Positions 6,647 through 7,160 of a stretch of DNA of 7,160 nt are shown here, piece after piece. The notes beneath the pieces are model-generated. The model ran no database searches. It saw nothing but the letters and a program-made list of their open reading frames with translations, and was not told the origin of the DNA. Numbering within the stretch: the stretch's first letter is position 1; each line of letters starts with the position of its first letter. The translations under genes were made by a program, and so were the position numbers. Origin of the DNA: Candidatus Nanobsidianus stetteri (GTDB lineage Archaea > Nanobdellota > Nanobdellia > Nanobdellales > Nanobdellaceae); assembly GCF_003086415.1 (NCBI RefSeq), contig NZ_QEFP02000020.1:1-7160 (forward strand), read 5' to 3'.

Positions 6647-6685
6647 TATATTTAATATAAAAATATTTAATCTTATATATCAAAT
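6647..6685. promoter_or_regulatory. Shared divergent promoter region of ligase and helicase genes
   Basis: The 39-nt spacer between the two divergent ATGs is all A/T apart from two C residues (6672, 6681). It holds TATA-like strings, including AATATAAA at 6654-6661 (about 28 nt before the helicase ATG) and ATATATAA on the minus strand (complement of 6673-6680, about 30 nt before the ligase ATG). Neither start has a Shine-Dalgarno-like motif. Confidence 0.35.
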
Positions 6686-7160
6686 ATGAATATTGATGAT
6701 CTAAAAAATATTTTTGAAAAAGAGTTTAGAGATTATATAGTTGGAATTAAATTAATTAATAATAAAAATGCTGAATATGATAATTTTGAATTTTATAATA
6801 AAGAATTAAATGAATATTTAAATTATAGAAACTTTAAATTATATAAACACCAAGTAGAAGCACTAAATTTATTATATAAAAATAAAAATCTAATTGTAAC
6901 AACCCCAACAGCTTCTGGAAAATCCCATATATTTAGATTATATATTATTGATAATATATTAAAATATCCAAATAAAACCTTTTTATTAATTTATCCATTA
7001 AGAGCATTATTATACGATCAATATGAAAAATTTGAAGAATTAATAAAAGATTTTGAAAATTATACGAATAAAAAATTAAATATTAAGATGAAATTTATTT
7101 TGGGAGATTTAACATATAGTGAAAAAGAAAAAATAATAAAAGAAAGACCAAATTTAATTT
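6686..7160 (+). CDS. SF2 DEAD/DEAH-box DNA helicase, N-terminal fragment (continues past window end)
   Basis: I translated it by hand: ATG at 6686, then 158 codons with no stop to the window edge. It is absent from the supplied track, presumably because it has no stop in the window. A Q-motif-like LYKHQVEAL is followed by Walker A TTPTASGKS (PTASGKS = 6905-6925), motif Ia LLIYPLRALLYDQ, and then ILGDLTYSEKEKIIKERPNLI. The TASGKS plus DQ plus GD-x-T pattern resembles Hrq1/YprA(MrfA)-type RecQ-like helicases, while PLRAL is also seen in Hel308. The subfamily is unresolved from this fragment. Confidence 0.8.
   Translation, partial: MNIDDLKNIFEKEFRDYIVGIKLINNKNAEYDNFEFYNKELNEYLNYRNFKLYKHQVEALNLLYKNKNLIVTTPTASGKSHIFRLYIIDNILKYPNKTFLLIYPLRALLYDQYEKFEELIKDFENYTNKKLNIKMKFILGDLTYSEKEKIIKERPNLI

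Noticed and set aside
1-7160. Alternative genetic code, CRISPR array, split tRNA halves or tRNA intron
   Set aside because: All nine protein-coding ORFs have family-typical lengths under the standard code and end in TAA, TAG or TGA. No spaced direct repeats are visible. The single GC-rich island is one complete, uninterrupted 73-nt tRNA with a normal 7-nt anticodon loop.

Overview
This is a very AT-rich, tightly packed archaeal chromosomal segment. By eye only the tRNA is GC-rich. Archaeal origin is supported by a zinc-ribbon plus HTH MBF1, a DUF99/UPF0215 protein, a Lig1-type ATP-dependent DNA ligase, an archaeal-type SecD and a tRNA without encoded CCA. A roughly 74% G+C tRNA (hand count) in a genome this AT-rich suggests a thermophile with a reduced genome, possibly Nanoarchaeota or another DPANN lineage; this is inference. 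Gene order: a doubtful small + strand ORF (26-229); an endonuclease IV family gene (282-1118, +); a minus-strand block of five genes (4838 down to 1110) encoding an unknown membrane protein, aMBF1, a DedA/VTT-like membrane protein, DUF99 and SecD; tRNA-Ile(GAU) (4890-4962, +); DNA ligase (4979-6646, -); and the 5' part of an SF2 helicase (6686 to window end, +), which is missing from the supplied ORF track because it has no stop in the window. The first four genes of the minus-strand block are joined by 4, 4 and 22 nt overlaps. I found no CRISPR array, transposase, integrase, toxin-antitoxin pair or recognisable defence gene, and no convincing undescribed multi-gene system. The leads most worth a second look are a perfectly palindromic TATA-like element equidistant from tRNA G+1 and the ATG of the divergent operon (predicting a leaderless tRNA and a leaderless mRNA), a 39-bp almost pure A/T spacer shared by the divergent ligase and helicase genes, the poorly understood DUF99 protein inside a translationally coupled operon, a SecD gene with no adjacent SecF, and ambiguous coding at the left edge.
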